IMG/VR virus record: IMGVR_UViG_3300025101_000083
Source: a virus
Direction: 5' to 3' (one strand)
DNA: 34,619 nt
Part shown: positions 17,942 to 25,004 of the stretch, piece by piece
Numbering within the stretch: position 1 is the stretch's first letter
Layout: each line of letters opens with the position of its first letter
Position numbers and translations under genes: made by a program
The notes under the pieces: model-generated
Told to the model about the DNA's origin: nothing
Databases searched by the model: none
What the model saw: only the letters and a program-made list of their open reading frames with translations

Positions 17942-19195
17942 TTAGTAGCCTGTTATCATGTCTAGTGGTTCATATTCTTCTTCTTCATAGTATGTAGTAT
18001 ATTCTGGTATCTGTACCTGTGTGATATACGACAAAGCATCTATTAAATCATCATGCACCTGTGGGTTAGGAAACTGTAACAACTGATCTAAGAACTCTTT
18101 ATTCCATTCTCCTTTATTCAGAGTAATTTTACCATGCTCAAACCTACCCTGTAATGCCCATGTAATTCTATCAATCTTTTTCTTGTTTCCATGAGTTACA
18201 TCTTCTACTCTGAAGTAGGTGTTGTATTGACGCATCATATCTGACAAGTAACCCATTACTGCATTTTTACCAATACCTTTTTCTATTCCTACACACAAAG
18301 GCTGAAAGTCTGTTACTGCTTGAAATATCTTAGAAGCAGTCTTCTTAATATCCCAACGACCATGTTCTATACTATGAACCCACCATCTATCTTCATCTAC
18401 TTTTACTATTGCTATAGCGGTTTGGTCTAGTCTTTTCTTCCTAGCAGTGTTAGCATGAGCTACATCAGAGAATCCTGCAATATCACAAGCTATATACCAT
18501 CTACCTCTTTCTGGTTCTTGTTCATCATACTGTATCCAGTCTTCTTTGAATAAACCACCACTAGCAGCTTCAAAAGAAGCCATAAACTCTTGTCTGAAAG
18601 CAAAGCTAGACATTGACTTTCTAGCTGCTTCTATCTCTTTTGGGTCTAGTAAATCATTATCAAAAGAGTTAAAATGCCATGCTTTGAACTCTGAATCACC
18701 GCTATCGTTAGCGTAGTTGTATAAATCAAAGAAATGGTTTCTACCATAAGGTGTGCCTATAAACAACGCAGAGCCTTTCTGGTCAGCTAGAGCAGGTCTG
18801 ATAATAGTTTCCCATACCTCTGACTTCATAGAGCCATACTCGTCCATTACAACAAACTTTAGAGATACTCCACGCATTGTCTCTGGTCTATCTGCACCTT
18901 TCAATGATATTGTAGTACCATTGATGAGTTTAATCTGTAGATTATTAATATGACTAGAATCTACTACTGGGTGTCCTAACTCAAGAAGAGTAGACCACAT
19001 TACATCTCTAGCCTGTCCCTGAGTGTTGGCTATGTACCAGACATGACCTTTCTCAGTTTGAAGAGCATTAATAATTAATAACCATGCTGCTAGTCTGGAT
19101 TTACCAGTTCTTCTACCAGCTACTACTACTTTGAATCTAGTGGTATCATTCCATACCTTCTGTTGCCATGATAGTAACTTTACATCAAGCTCCAT
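17942..19195 (-). CDS. terL: terminase large subunit
   Basis: Walker A-like VVVAGRRTGKS and Walker B KFVVMDEYG. Nuclease-domain acidic motifs YIACDIAG and VHDDLIDALSY. Confidence 0.93.
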   Translation of the reverse strand: MELDVKLLSWQQKVWNDTTRFKVVVAGRRTGKSRLAAWLLIINALQTEKGHVWYIANTQGQARDVMWSTLLELGHPVVDSSHINNLQIKLINGTTISLKGADRPETMRGVSLKFVVMDEYGSMKSEVWETIIRPALADQKGSALFIGTPYGRNHFFDLYNYANDSGDSEFKAWHFNSFDNDLLDPKEIEAARKSMSSFAFRQEFMASFEAASGGLFKEDWIQYDEQEPERGRWYIACDIAGFSDVAHANTARKKRLDQTAIAIVKVDEDRWWVHSIEHGRWDIKKTASKIFQAVTDFQPLCVGIEKGIGKNAVMGYLSDMMRQYNTYFRVEDVTHGNKKKIDRITWALQGRFEHGKITLNKGEWNKEFLDQLLQFPNPQVHDDLIDALSYITQVQIPEYTTYYEEEEYEPLDMITGY

Positions 19196-19661
19196 CAGAA
19201 TCCTCTATTACTATAGGTTTTGGTTCTGCTGCTGATGATATGTTGATTGTTATTCCTTTGTTTAGTTGTTTGTCTTTTTCAAATATAGAAGTAGGTAATG
19301 CTCTATCCATTAGTAGCTTCAGTGCTGCCATCTGATGTGGGTGTTCATCAGTCATGGCTATGTCTATTGTTTTCTTGAGAACCCTGTCACCATTGGTAAT
19401 GAGCATCCTAGCCATAAGTTCTCTAATCTTTTGTGTTTCTTCTCGTTTTGAGACAAGAGAACTCTTTTTTCTCTTTGTTTTGAGAGCAACATACTCCATT
19501 TCCTTCTTAGAGGGTCTACCAGGTCTTCTCTTTACTTTAGTGCCTACTGGTGTGAGAGTCTTGGCTTTAGTAGCGTATGTTCTTTTCTTCTCTTGTTCTA
19601 TTGAGCTTTGAGTAGAGTCTTTTAACTCCTCCTCAATATTCTTAGAGTGTTCGATATCCAT
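19185..19661 (-). CDS. terminase small subunit (putative)
   Basis: 158 aa, first gene of the late arm, overlapping terL by 11 nt. Basic KRRPGRPSKKE DNA-binding-like segment. Confidence 0.55.
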   Translation of the reverse strand: MDIEHSKNIEEELKDSTQSSIEQEKKRTYATKAKTLTPVGTKVKRRPGRPSKKEMEYVALKTKRKKSSLVSKREETQKIRELMARMLITNGDRVLKKTIDIAMTDEHPHQMAALKLLMDRALPTSIFEKDKQLNKGITINISSAAEPKPIVIEDSDGA

Positions 19662-19806
19662 TGATTTCCTATACTCATTATATAGGTCAATATAGTTATA
19701 ATGTTCATAGTAATTTATAATAAGAATAATAAATGATTATTAATAATTAATTACTATGAAACTGAATGTCCAGTATGACTATATAGACTCTTTCTTCAAA
19801 AGCATA

Positions 19807-19835
19807 ATTCTAGCATATTTTTATTGATTTGTCAA
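19807..19835 (-). promoter_or_regulatory. sigma-70 promoter for the left (structural) arm: TTGACA-N17-TAGAAT
   Basis: Minus strand reads gTTGACAaatcaataaaaatatgcTAGAATtatgc, about 145 nt upstream of the terS ATG. Confidence 0.65.
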
Positions 19836-19913
19836 CTACTTTTTTTAGTGTCGGTGTGGGTTCAGCATAAATACAACACTACAGCATACCCCCTCCCCCC
19901 ATATCAATCAAGT

Positions 19914-19929
19914 TGGCATGATTCTTGCA
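19914..19929 (+). promoter_or_regulatory. sigma-54-type -24/-12 element TGGCATGATTCTTGCA
   Basis: GG and GC dinucleotides at the canonical spacing (TGGCAY-N5-TTGC). Faces the early arm. Confidence 0.45.
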
Positions 19930-19931
19930 TA

Positions 19932-19947
19932 AGCAATTTCTGTGCCA
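19932..19947 (-). promoter_or_regulatory. sigma-54-type -24/-12 element TGGCACAGAAATTGCT
   Basis: Reverse complement of AGCAATTTCTGTGCCA. Faces the structural arm. Confidence 0.45.
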
Positions 19948-19976
19948 CAATAACCATTCAAGCAGCAGAGGTATTA

Positions 19977-19992
19977 TGGCATGATAATTGCT
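19977..19992 (+). promoter_or_regulatory. sigma-54-type -24/-12 element TGGCATGATAATTGCT
   Basis: Same core (TGGCATGAT..TTGC) as the two flanking plus-strand copies. Confidence 0.45.
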
Positions 19993-20028
19993 AGTGTCAA
20001 CTAAAGTTTACAGTTGTAATTGTAAAGT

Positions 20029-20044
20029 TGGCATGATTCTTGCG
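20029..20044 (+). promoter_or_regulatory. sigma-54-type -24/-12 element TGGCATGATTCTTGCG
   Basis: Second copy of the 19-bp repeat. Faces the early arm. Confidence 0.45.
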
Positions 20045-20098
20045 TGTGTTTCTATGTTGCACCACAACGTAGCATTATGCACAATCTTGGTGCATCTA

Positions 20099-20152
20099 AT
20101 ACTTTAGTATATTATACTTTAGTATCAATCAGTTATCATAGTTTTAAACTAT
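20099..20152. repeat. AT-rich segment with a 12-bp direct repeat ATACTTTAGTAT (20099-20110, 20114-20125) and a 15-bp palindrome ATAGTTTtAAACTAT (20138-20152)
   Basis: Read directly. Lies 50-100 bp upstream of the early promoter, so it may be an operator or origin-like element. Confidence 0.6.
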
Positions 20153-20204
20153 CAAATTAAAACAATTAATAGTTAAATAAAATACAATTAATTACATAAA
20201 ATGC

Positions 20205-20233
20205 TTGACATATAATTAGTGTATAATTATATT
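20205..20233 (+). promoter_or_regulatory. sigma-70 early promoter TTGACA-N17-TATATT
   Basis: gcTTGACAtataattagtgtataatTATATTg, followed by GAGGAG and the ATG at 20268. Confidence 0.6.
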
Positions 20234-20267
20234 GTTAATACAGTATGTTTAAACGAGGAGGTATTAT

Positions 20268-20621
20268 ATGTTTAAAGTAGATTATTTTAATAAGAAAGTA
20301 AGAAATAATAAGAGACTAGCTGGACAATTAGCTGGTAAATATGAATTTTTTGGTAAACATAACAGATTTGCTATTGCGCCAGTACACACTAGATTTGATA
20401 AGGTAGATTGGTTCTGCTGGGATGCTGAAAAACTAGATAAATATCCACATCCTAGAACCCATCTCTACACTAAAGAAATAATCGGACAAAAAGATTCTTA
20501 CAGAGAAGCAAGGGATTTTATTATCACTACCATTCAAAATGATCCTAAAGAAATTAAAGAAAGAAAAGAATTACTTTCTAGGATTGTATGTGAACACATA
20601 ATGACTAAAAGAATATATTAA
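20268..20621 (+). CDS. early hypothetical protein, 117 aa
   Basis: First ORF of the early arm with a strong RBS (GAGGAG). No motif recognised. Confidence 0.7.
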   Translation: MFKVDYFNKKVRNNKRLAGQLAGKYEFFGKHNRFAIAPVHTRFDKVDWFCWDAEKLDKYPHPRTHLYTKEIIGQKDSYREARDFIITTIQNDPKEIKERKELLSRIVCEHIMTKRIY

Positions 20622-20638
20622 AAAGTAATTAATACATC

Positions 20639-20658
20639 GAGGATTCTTCGGAGTCCTC
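20639..20658 (+). terminator. 8-bp hairpin with UUCG tetraloop (weak terminator or RNA processing/stability element)
   Basis: GAGGATTC-TTCG-GAGTCCTC followed by TATTGTATT, a poor U-tract. Confidence 0.4.
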
Positions 20659-20693
20659 TATTGTATTAATTTAACTTGAAAGGAACTAAACTA

Positions 20694-21320
20694 ATGATTA
20701 AATATAACACTAGGGAAGAATGGCTCAATGGCGCTGTAAAGGAATTAGAGCCAGAATTAGTAAAGCAAAAAAAATTACTAGCTGGTAAATATCCACACTT
20801 CAATAAACCTTTTCCATCGGTTAAGGTATCAGTAACACAACCCACTAGAGGTAAAGCAATTGGTACTTGCTGGAGCGATAAAGCAAGTAGCAAGGGGCAC
20901 TTTGAGATATTCATAACCGCAAAAGAAGACAATCCAATGAGAGTTCTTGATATTCTCACTCACGAATTATGTCATGCTGTTGACGGTCTAATTAGTGGTC
21001 ATGGTACAGCGTTTAAACGTCTTGCTTATGCTGTTGGATTAACTGGTAAACCCACAGCTACAGAAGCTAGTGAAGAGTTTATAGAAAAATATAAACCTAT
21101 TATAGACTCAAAACTAGGTCAATATCCGCATGATAAAATGAAGCTAGAGAGTGGAACCAAAAAACAAAAGGCTAGATTAATTAAAGTTTCTTGCGTTGGT
21201 TGCGATAACAGTTATAGACAGACTCAAAAATATATAGACTTGTCAATTGATAAAAATTATCAGGTTTATGATAGAGACTTTGTTAGTATATGCCCTATCT
21301 GTAATAGTGACATGATATAA
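20694..21320 (+). CDS. SprT-like zinc metalloprotease with C-terminal zinc ribbon, 208 aa
   Basis: HELCH (HExxH) followed by GHGTAFKRLAYAVGL. C-terminal CVGC...CPIC. ATG 20694 is preceded by TTGAAAGGA; the track's TTG start at 20676 lies in that RBS. Confidence 0.7.
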   Translation: MIKYNTREEWLNGAVKELEPELVKQKKLLAGKYPHFNKPFPSVKVSVTQPTRGKAIGTCWSDKASSKGHFEIFITAKEDNPMRVLDILTHELCHAVDGLISGHGTAFKRLAYAVGLTGKPTATEASEEFIEKYKPIIDSKLGQYPHDKMKLESGTKKQKARLIKVSCVGCDNSYRQTQKYIDLSIDKNYQVYDRDFVSICPICNSDMI

Positions 21321-21333
21321 TACTTGACATATC

Positions 21334-21356
21334 GAAGGCTCTCATATAGAGTCTTC
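21334..21356 (+). other. 9-bp hairpin GAAGGCTCT-CATAT-AGAGTCTTC in the intergenic cassette
   Basis: Read directly. It overlaps a possible TTGACA (21324-21329) -N17- TAGAGT promoter and is followed by TATTATGTTAACTTGAAAGGAA. Confidence 0.4.
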
Positions 21357-21383
21357 TATTATGTTAACTTGAAAGGAAATAAA

Positions 21384-21620
21384 ATGGCATATCAATTTAT
21401 AGCAACTACAAAAGAATGGCGTGATAAGGTAAACGGAAACAGTTATTTCTCATCCGTTGTTGAAGATTTAGAAGGTAATGTAGTTTTGAAGCTACCCTTT
21501 CAATATGGTTATGGTTCTCAAAGCGAATACGAGATCGAAAAATCATTATCTGGTAAAATTAAATTTATCAAAATAAATGGCTGCAAGAAAAAAGAAGTTA
21601 AACAACATGGAGGTAATTAA
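21384..21620 (+). CDS. early hypothetical protein, 78 aa
   Basis: ATG 21384 follows TTGAAAGGAAATAAA. The track's extension to 21324 starts at the TTG of a TTGACA box. Confidence 0.65.
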   Translation: MAYQFIATTKEWRDKVNGNSYFSSVVEDLEGNVVLKLPFQYGYGSQSEYEIEKSLSGKIKFIKINGCKKKEVKQHGGN

Positions 21621-21621
21621 A

Positions 21622-21705
21622 ATGAAATTAAATCATCATAAATACAAGCAGAATTTATATTTATTTATGTTGTTTTGTATTTTGTTTACTGGCGTTGTAT
21701 TTTAA
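21622..21705 (+). CDS. possible 27-aa membrane micro-protein
   Basis: GGAGG at 21609-21613. Product is MKLNHHKYKQNLYLFMLFCILFTGVVF. Fills the gap between flanking genes. Confidence 0.3.
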   Translation: MKLNHHKYKQNLYLFMLFCILFTGVVF

Positions 21706-21723
21706 TTGAAAGGAGCAGAAACA

Positions 21724-21987
21724 ATGAATGAAATGACGGATTTAAACTATTACCAAAATATTCACTTTAAAGAGGGTAAAAGAACTTACATTCTTTGTTT
21801 GGTTATGGATTCAATGGTATATCGGCACATTGACCACAGCGACAACAACAGATTATACGGCAACATTTCAGCCGTAAAGCCTGAAAAATTAAAGAAAATA
21901 TTTAAAATTAATACTAAAGAAGCAAAATTTTGTATTAAGAGGGCTAAAGACTATTTAAGCAGTAAAGGCTATAATAATTTTAATTAA
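21724..21987 (+). CDS. early hypothetical protein, 87 aa
   Basis: ATG 21724 follows TTGAAAGGAGCAGAAACA. Confidence 0.6.
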   Translation: MNEMTDLNYYQNIHFKEGKRTYILCLVMDSMVYRHIDHSDNNRLYGNISAVKPEKLKKIFKINTKEAKFCIKRAKDYLSSKGYNNFN

Positions 21988-22001
21988 AAGGAGTATAAAC
22001 A

Positions 22002-22226
22002 ATGAGAAATAAAATAAAAGTAGTTTTAGATGTTACCAGCTTGTTTGTAGCATTTGCGGTTGTGATGTTTACTGCTGGTTCGATGTTTATTGGGATTGCT
22101 GATTTTACGTTAAAAGACGTTATTATCGCTTGTGCTATAATATTCGGGATAGGGTGTTTAAACGTTTGGTTAATTATCCAACACGTTATTGAGTTTGTAA
22201 AATTAAAAACAAAGGAGAATAAATAA
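22002..22226 (+). CDS. small membrane protein (2 TM), 74 aa
   Basis: AGGAG RBS. Two hydrophobic helices (VTSLFVAFAVVMFTAGSMFIGI and IIACAIIFGIGCLNVWLII). Confidence 0.65.
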   Translation: MRNKIKVVLDVTSLFVAFAVVMFTAGSMFIGIADFTLKDVIIACAIIFGIGCLNVWLIIQHVIEFVKLKTKENK

Positions 22227-22414
22227 TGAAGTGTTTATCTTGCGATTGTATCTTGGACAACCAGGAAGATAATATTATTGGTAGTAACACGAATGAAAGA
22301 GTCCAGCTATGCGTTAACTGTTTACCGTTGCCTGAATTAGATGATAATTTTGGGTACTCAAGTGGAGCAGAAGTGTTGGATATAAACGACAATATACGCT
22401 TAAGTGATACTTAA
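22226..22414 (+). CDS. small CxxC...CxxC zinc-finger protein with acidic tail, 62 aa
   Basis: MKCLSCDC...LCVNCLP. AAGGAG RBS and TAATG-type coupling. Confidence 0.55.
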   Translation: MKCLSCDCILDNQEDNIIGSNTNERVQLCVNCLPLPELDDNFGYSSGAEVLDINDNIRLSDT

Positions 22415-22442
22415 GTACTATATACATTTGCTTTAAAATATG

Positions 22443-22514
22443 TTATTACTATGTAATATATTATTATGTATTATTATGATTATTATTACTATGTATTATA
22501 ATGACTATATAGTC
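22443..22514. repeat. AT-rich repeat region: TTATTACTATGTA x2 (22443-22455, 22483-22495), TTATTATG iterations, and perfect palindrome GACTATATAGTC (22503-22514)
   Basis: Read directly. Lies immediately upstream of the primase-helicase gene, so it is a candidate middle promoter, operator or origin. Confidence 0.6.
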
Positions 22515-22531
22515 TCAATAATGAGGAATTT

Positions 22532-24187
22532 ATGAAAACTAAAAGTAAATTTATTCGTAACTTGCCTTGCTCTCAGATCGTGGATTGCCCTGATTCTGGC
22601 AGCTCAAACGTAGGAGAGTATGAAAAGGAGGACGGTAGCAGTTATTATTTCTGTTATAAGTGTAATAAACCATTAAAGCATGATAAGAAGCCCGTAGAAG
22701 CTCACCAGAGCATTTCTACCGCAGAAGTGTTATCTATACACCCAAAAGCACAGAAAGACGCTAGTGAGCCTGTATTCAAGTCTCAGGGCATATCCGATAG
22801 AAACATCAAACAAAGCACACTAGAGAAGTATGGTGTTAAAATTACTCAAAATGGGGAGCATTACTACCCGTATGGGAAAGATGTTTTCAAAATACGAGGT
22901 AAAAACAAAAACTTTAGATGGTCTGGTGTTGGTGATAAAAAACCTTTGTTTGGCATGGATGTTTATCCATCAGGTTGTGCAAAGATCATTACAGTTGTTG
23001 AGGGAGAGTTAGATTCACTCGCCGCAAGTCAGATGTTAAGTGCAGACTTACGTTTTCCAGTAGTATCAGTTCGTGATGGTTGTGCTAGTGCTGTTAAGTC
23101 TTGCAAGGATTCTTATGAATATTTATCATCCTTTACGCAAATTGTGTTTTGTTTTGATAATGATGATGTAGGACAAAAAGCACAACTTGAATGTGCAGAA
23201 CTATTCCCTAACAAAGCAAAAATGATGAAGATGAGAAAGGGTTACAAAGACGCTTGTGATTACTCTACAGACTCAGCGTTTAAACACTTTACAGAGGACT
23301 GGTGGGCAAGTCAAGTTTATATGCCAGACGGAATAGTTAAGGGTAAAGACTTAAAATCATTGGTGCTAGAGCCACTTCAAAAGTCTATTGCTATTTATCC
23401 CTATGGAGGCTTAAATGATTTAACTGGTGGTATTCGCTCTAGTGAATTAGTTTGTATTACAGCTGGTTCTGGATTGGGAAAGAGTCAGTTTTTACGAGAA
23501 ATTGTATACAAGTTATTAAAAGCCACAGAAGAAAATATTGGTTTGATGTTTTTAGAAGAGTCTGTAAAGCGTACAGCATTAAGCATTATGAGTCTGGACG
23601 CTATGAAACCATTACATCTCAACGAAACGGAAGCAACACAAGAAGAAAAACAAGTTGCTTTTGATGCTACTTTGGGAACTGGTAGGTTATTTTTGTTTGA
23701 TTCTTTTGGCTCTACAAGCGTTGATAACATTATTAATCGTGTACGTTACATGGCAAAAGCACTAGACTGTAAATTTATCTTCCTTGATCATATAAGTATA
23801 GTAGTCTCAGACCAACAACAAGGAGATGAACGTAGGGCATTAGATGAAATAACTACAAAGTTAAGGATGCTTTGCCAGGAGTGTGATATTACTTTATTTG
23901 CAGTTTCACACTTGCGTAGACCTTCAGGCACAGGGCATGAAGAAGGAGCAGTGACAAGCCTATCCCAGCTTAGAGGCTCTGGTGCAATTGGTCAACTTAG
24001 TGATATGGTGTTTGGTTTGGAAAGGCATAGTCAAGCTGACGATGTAACGGAAAGACACACTACAAGAGTAAGAGTAATAAAAAATAGATATTCAGGCTTG
24101 ACAGGGAAGGCGTGTGCATTGTACTATGATCGTAGCACTGGTCGTATGAATGAAGTATTTGAAGAAGATTTAGAGGAGCCTAAGTAA
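22532..24187 (+). CDS. bifunctional DNA primase/helicase (T7 gp4-like)
   Basis: N-terminal Cys4 zinc finger (CPDSG...CYKC). TOPRIM motifs VVEGELDSLA and FDNDDVGQKA. Helicase Walker A GSGLGKS and Walker B IFLDHIS. Confidence 0.93.
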   Translation: MKTKSKFIRNLPCSQIVDCPDSGSSNVGEYEKEDGSSYYFCYKCNKPLKHDKKPVEAHQSISTAEVLSIHPKAQKDASEPVFKSQGISDRNIKQSTLEKYGVKITQNGEHYYPYGKDVFKIRGKNKNFRWSGVGDKKPLFGMDVYPSGCAKIITVVEGELDSLAASQMLSADLRFPVVSVRDGCASAVKSCKDSYEYLSSFTQIVFCFDNDDVGQKAQLECAELFPNKAKMMKMRKGYKDACDYSTDSAFKHFTEDWWASQVYMPDGIVKGKDLKSLVLEPLQKSIAIYPYGGLNDLTGGIRSSELVCITAGSGLGKSQFLREIVYKLLKATEENIGLMFLEESVKRTALSIMSLDAMKPLHLNETEATQEEKQVAFDATLGTGRLFLFDSFGSTSVDNIINRVRYMAKALDCKFIFLDHISIVVSDQQQGDERRALDEITTKLRMLCQECDITLFAVSHLRRPSGTGHEEGAVTSLSQLRGSGAIGQLSDMVFGLERHSQADDVTERHTTRVRVIKNRYSGLTGKACALYYDRSTGRMNEVFEEDLEEPK

Positions 24188-24402
24188 TGGATAATAATAT
24201 TGAAAAAGATGATTTATCTGAACCTGTTAGTTGGAAAGACTTTTTAGCGTTAGCTTCAATAGTCAGACAACAAGAGGAATTAATTAAAATTTGTTTTCAT
24301 AATAATGAGATTCTGAACAACCGACTTAAAAATATTGATGTAGATTTAGATGATTATGAACAACATGAAGAAAGTCTAAGAGAAATAGAAAGGAGCGTTT
24401 AA
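24187..24402 (+). CDS. small acidic hypothetical protein, 71 aa
   Basis: TAATG coupling to the helicase gene. Helical, acidic. Confidence 0.55.
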   Translation: MDNNIEKDDLSEPVSWKDFLALASIVRQQEELIKICFHNNEILNNRLKNIDVDLDDYEQHEESLREIERSV

Positions 24403-24405
24403 ACG

Positions 24406-24591
24406 ATGAGCCACGAAGTCAATGAACAGTTAATCGAGAAAGTTTATCATGAGACACTTGAAATGAGTGTAGACGCATTTGCAGACGAGTTAATGAAACT
24501 TGGTTATACCTATGTTTTGAATGACTTAATTAAAAAGGTAGCTGCAAATAGATATGAAAATTTACCAGAAGGAGATCATAACAATGGATGA
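24406..24591 (+). CDS. small acidic hypothetical protein, 61 aa
   Basis: ORF in the same operon. Confidence 0.5.
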   Translation: MSHEVNEQLIEKVYHETLEMSVDAFADELMKLGYTYVLNDLIKKVAANRYENLPEGDHNNG

Positions 24592-24829
24592 CTTTCAAAT
24601 TAAAGTAGAATTATCAAAACTAGAAAATCAAATTCAGGAATTAGAAAACAAACAAAATGGAGTAAAATTTAATGTTGCTATTTTACAACAATCAATGGAT
24701 AAATTACAACAATCTCTTGAAAAGCTCCTTAAAACTCTTGCCAAAAACCTCGACTTGTGGTATGCTAATACCAATACTAACACAGAAAAGGACGAAGATG
24801 AGCAAACCGATAAGTCTAAGTGTCACTGA
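24584..24829 (+). CDS. coiled-coil hypothetical protein, 81 aa
   Basis: I prefer ATG 24584 (GGAG 9 nt upstream, ATGGATGA overlap) to the track start at 24554. Confidence 0.5.
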   Translation: MDDFQIKVELSKLENQIQELENKQNGVKFNVAILQQSMDKLQQSLEKLLKTLAKNLDLWYANTNTNTEKDEDEQTDKSKCH

Positions 24830-25004
24830 AAATAATAATGGTGTTAAGACTTTTCATGTATTATTTGATGATGGCACAATAAAATCACGACTAGAGGGTC
24901 ATAATGATTGGACAACAGAGCAACCTTGTATTTCTGGACATAGAGACAACGATGGATCACCAAAAGATACATCTGGTGGTAACAAACGCAAACGGAATAA
25001 TTAA
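24798..25004 (+). CDS. possible 68-aa ORF overlapping the DNA polymerase start by 101 nt
   Basis: Internal ATG of track ORF 24672..25004. Product is MSKPISLSVTENNNGVKTFHVLFDDGTIKSRLEGHNDW... Coding status uncertain. Confidence 0.3.
   Translation: MSKPISLSVTENNNGVKTFHVLFDDGTIKSRLEGHNDWTTEQPCISGHRDNDGSPKDTSGGNKRKRNN

Larger units (their letters stand above)
19910..20043 (+). repeat. exact 19-bp direct repeat AAGTTGGCATGATTCTTGC (19910-19928 and 20025-20043)
   Basis: Read directly. Each copy contains a -24/-12-like element. Confidence 0.95.

Noticed and set aside
19889-19900. C-rich tract CCCCCTCCCCCC as a structural (G-quadruplex/i-motif) element
   Set aside because: It has only two G/C runs, which is not enough for a four-run quadruplex. 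It is noted only as a compositional oddity.
20222-20227. Perfect TATAAT hexamer as the early -10 box
   Set aside because: It is only 11 nt from the TTGACA at 20205-20210. The TATATT at 20228-20233 has the functional 17-nt spacing.
19662-20267. tRNA, small RNA gene or CRISPR repeats in the 606-bp control region
   Set aside because: I could not fold a cloverleaf or find T-loop/anticodon-arm signatures. The repeats present are two or three short promoter-like boxes, not a repeat-spacer array.
20666-20959. Minus-strand ORF antisense to the SprT-like gene
   Set aside because: It lies on the opposite strand to the entire early operon. The SprT frame has HExxH and zinc-ribbon motifs, whereas this ORF has none.
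21324-21352. TTGACA-N17-TAGAGT as a confident middle promoter
   Set aside because: The -10 is poor (TAGAGT) and the spacer forms the 21334-21356 hairpin. I kept it only as a remark under that hairpin feature.
20676-21723. ORF-track N-terminal extensions starting at 20676, 21324 and 21706
   Set aside because: Each begins at a TTG inside the conserved TTGAAAGGA ribosome-binding motif (or a TTGACA box). A properly spaced ATG follows 18-60 nt downstream.
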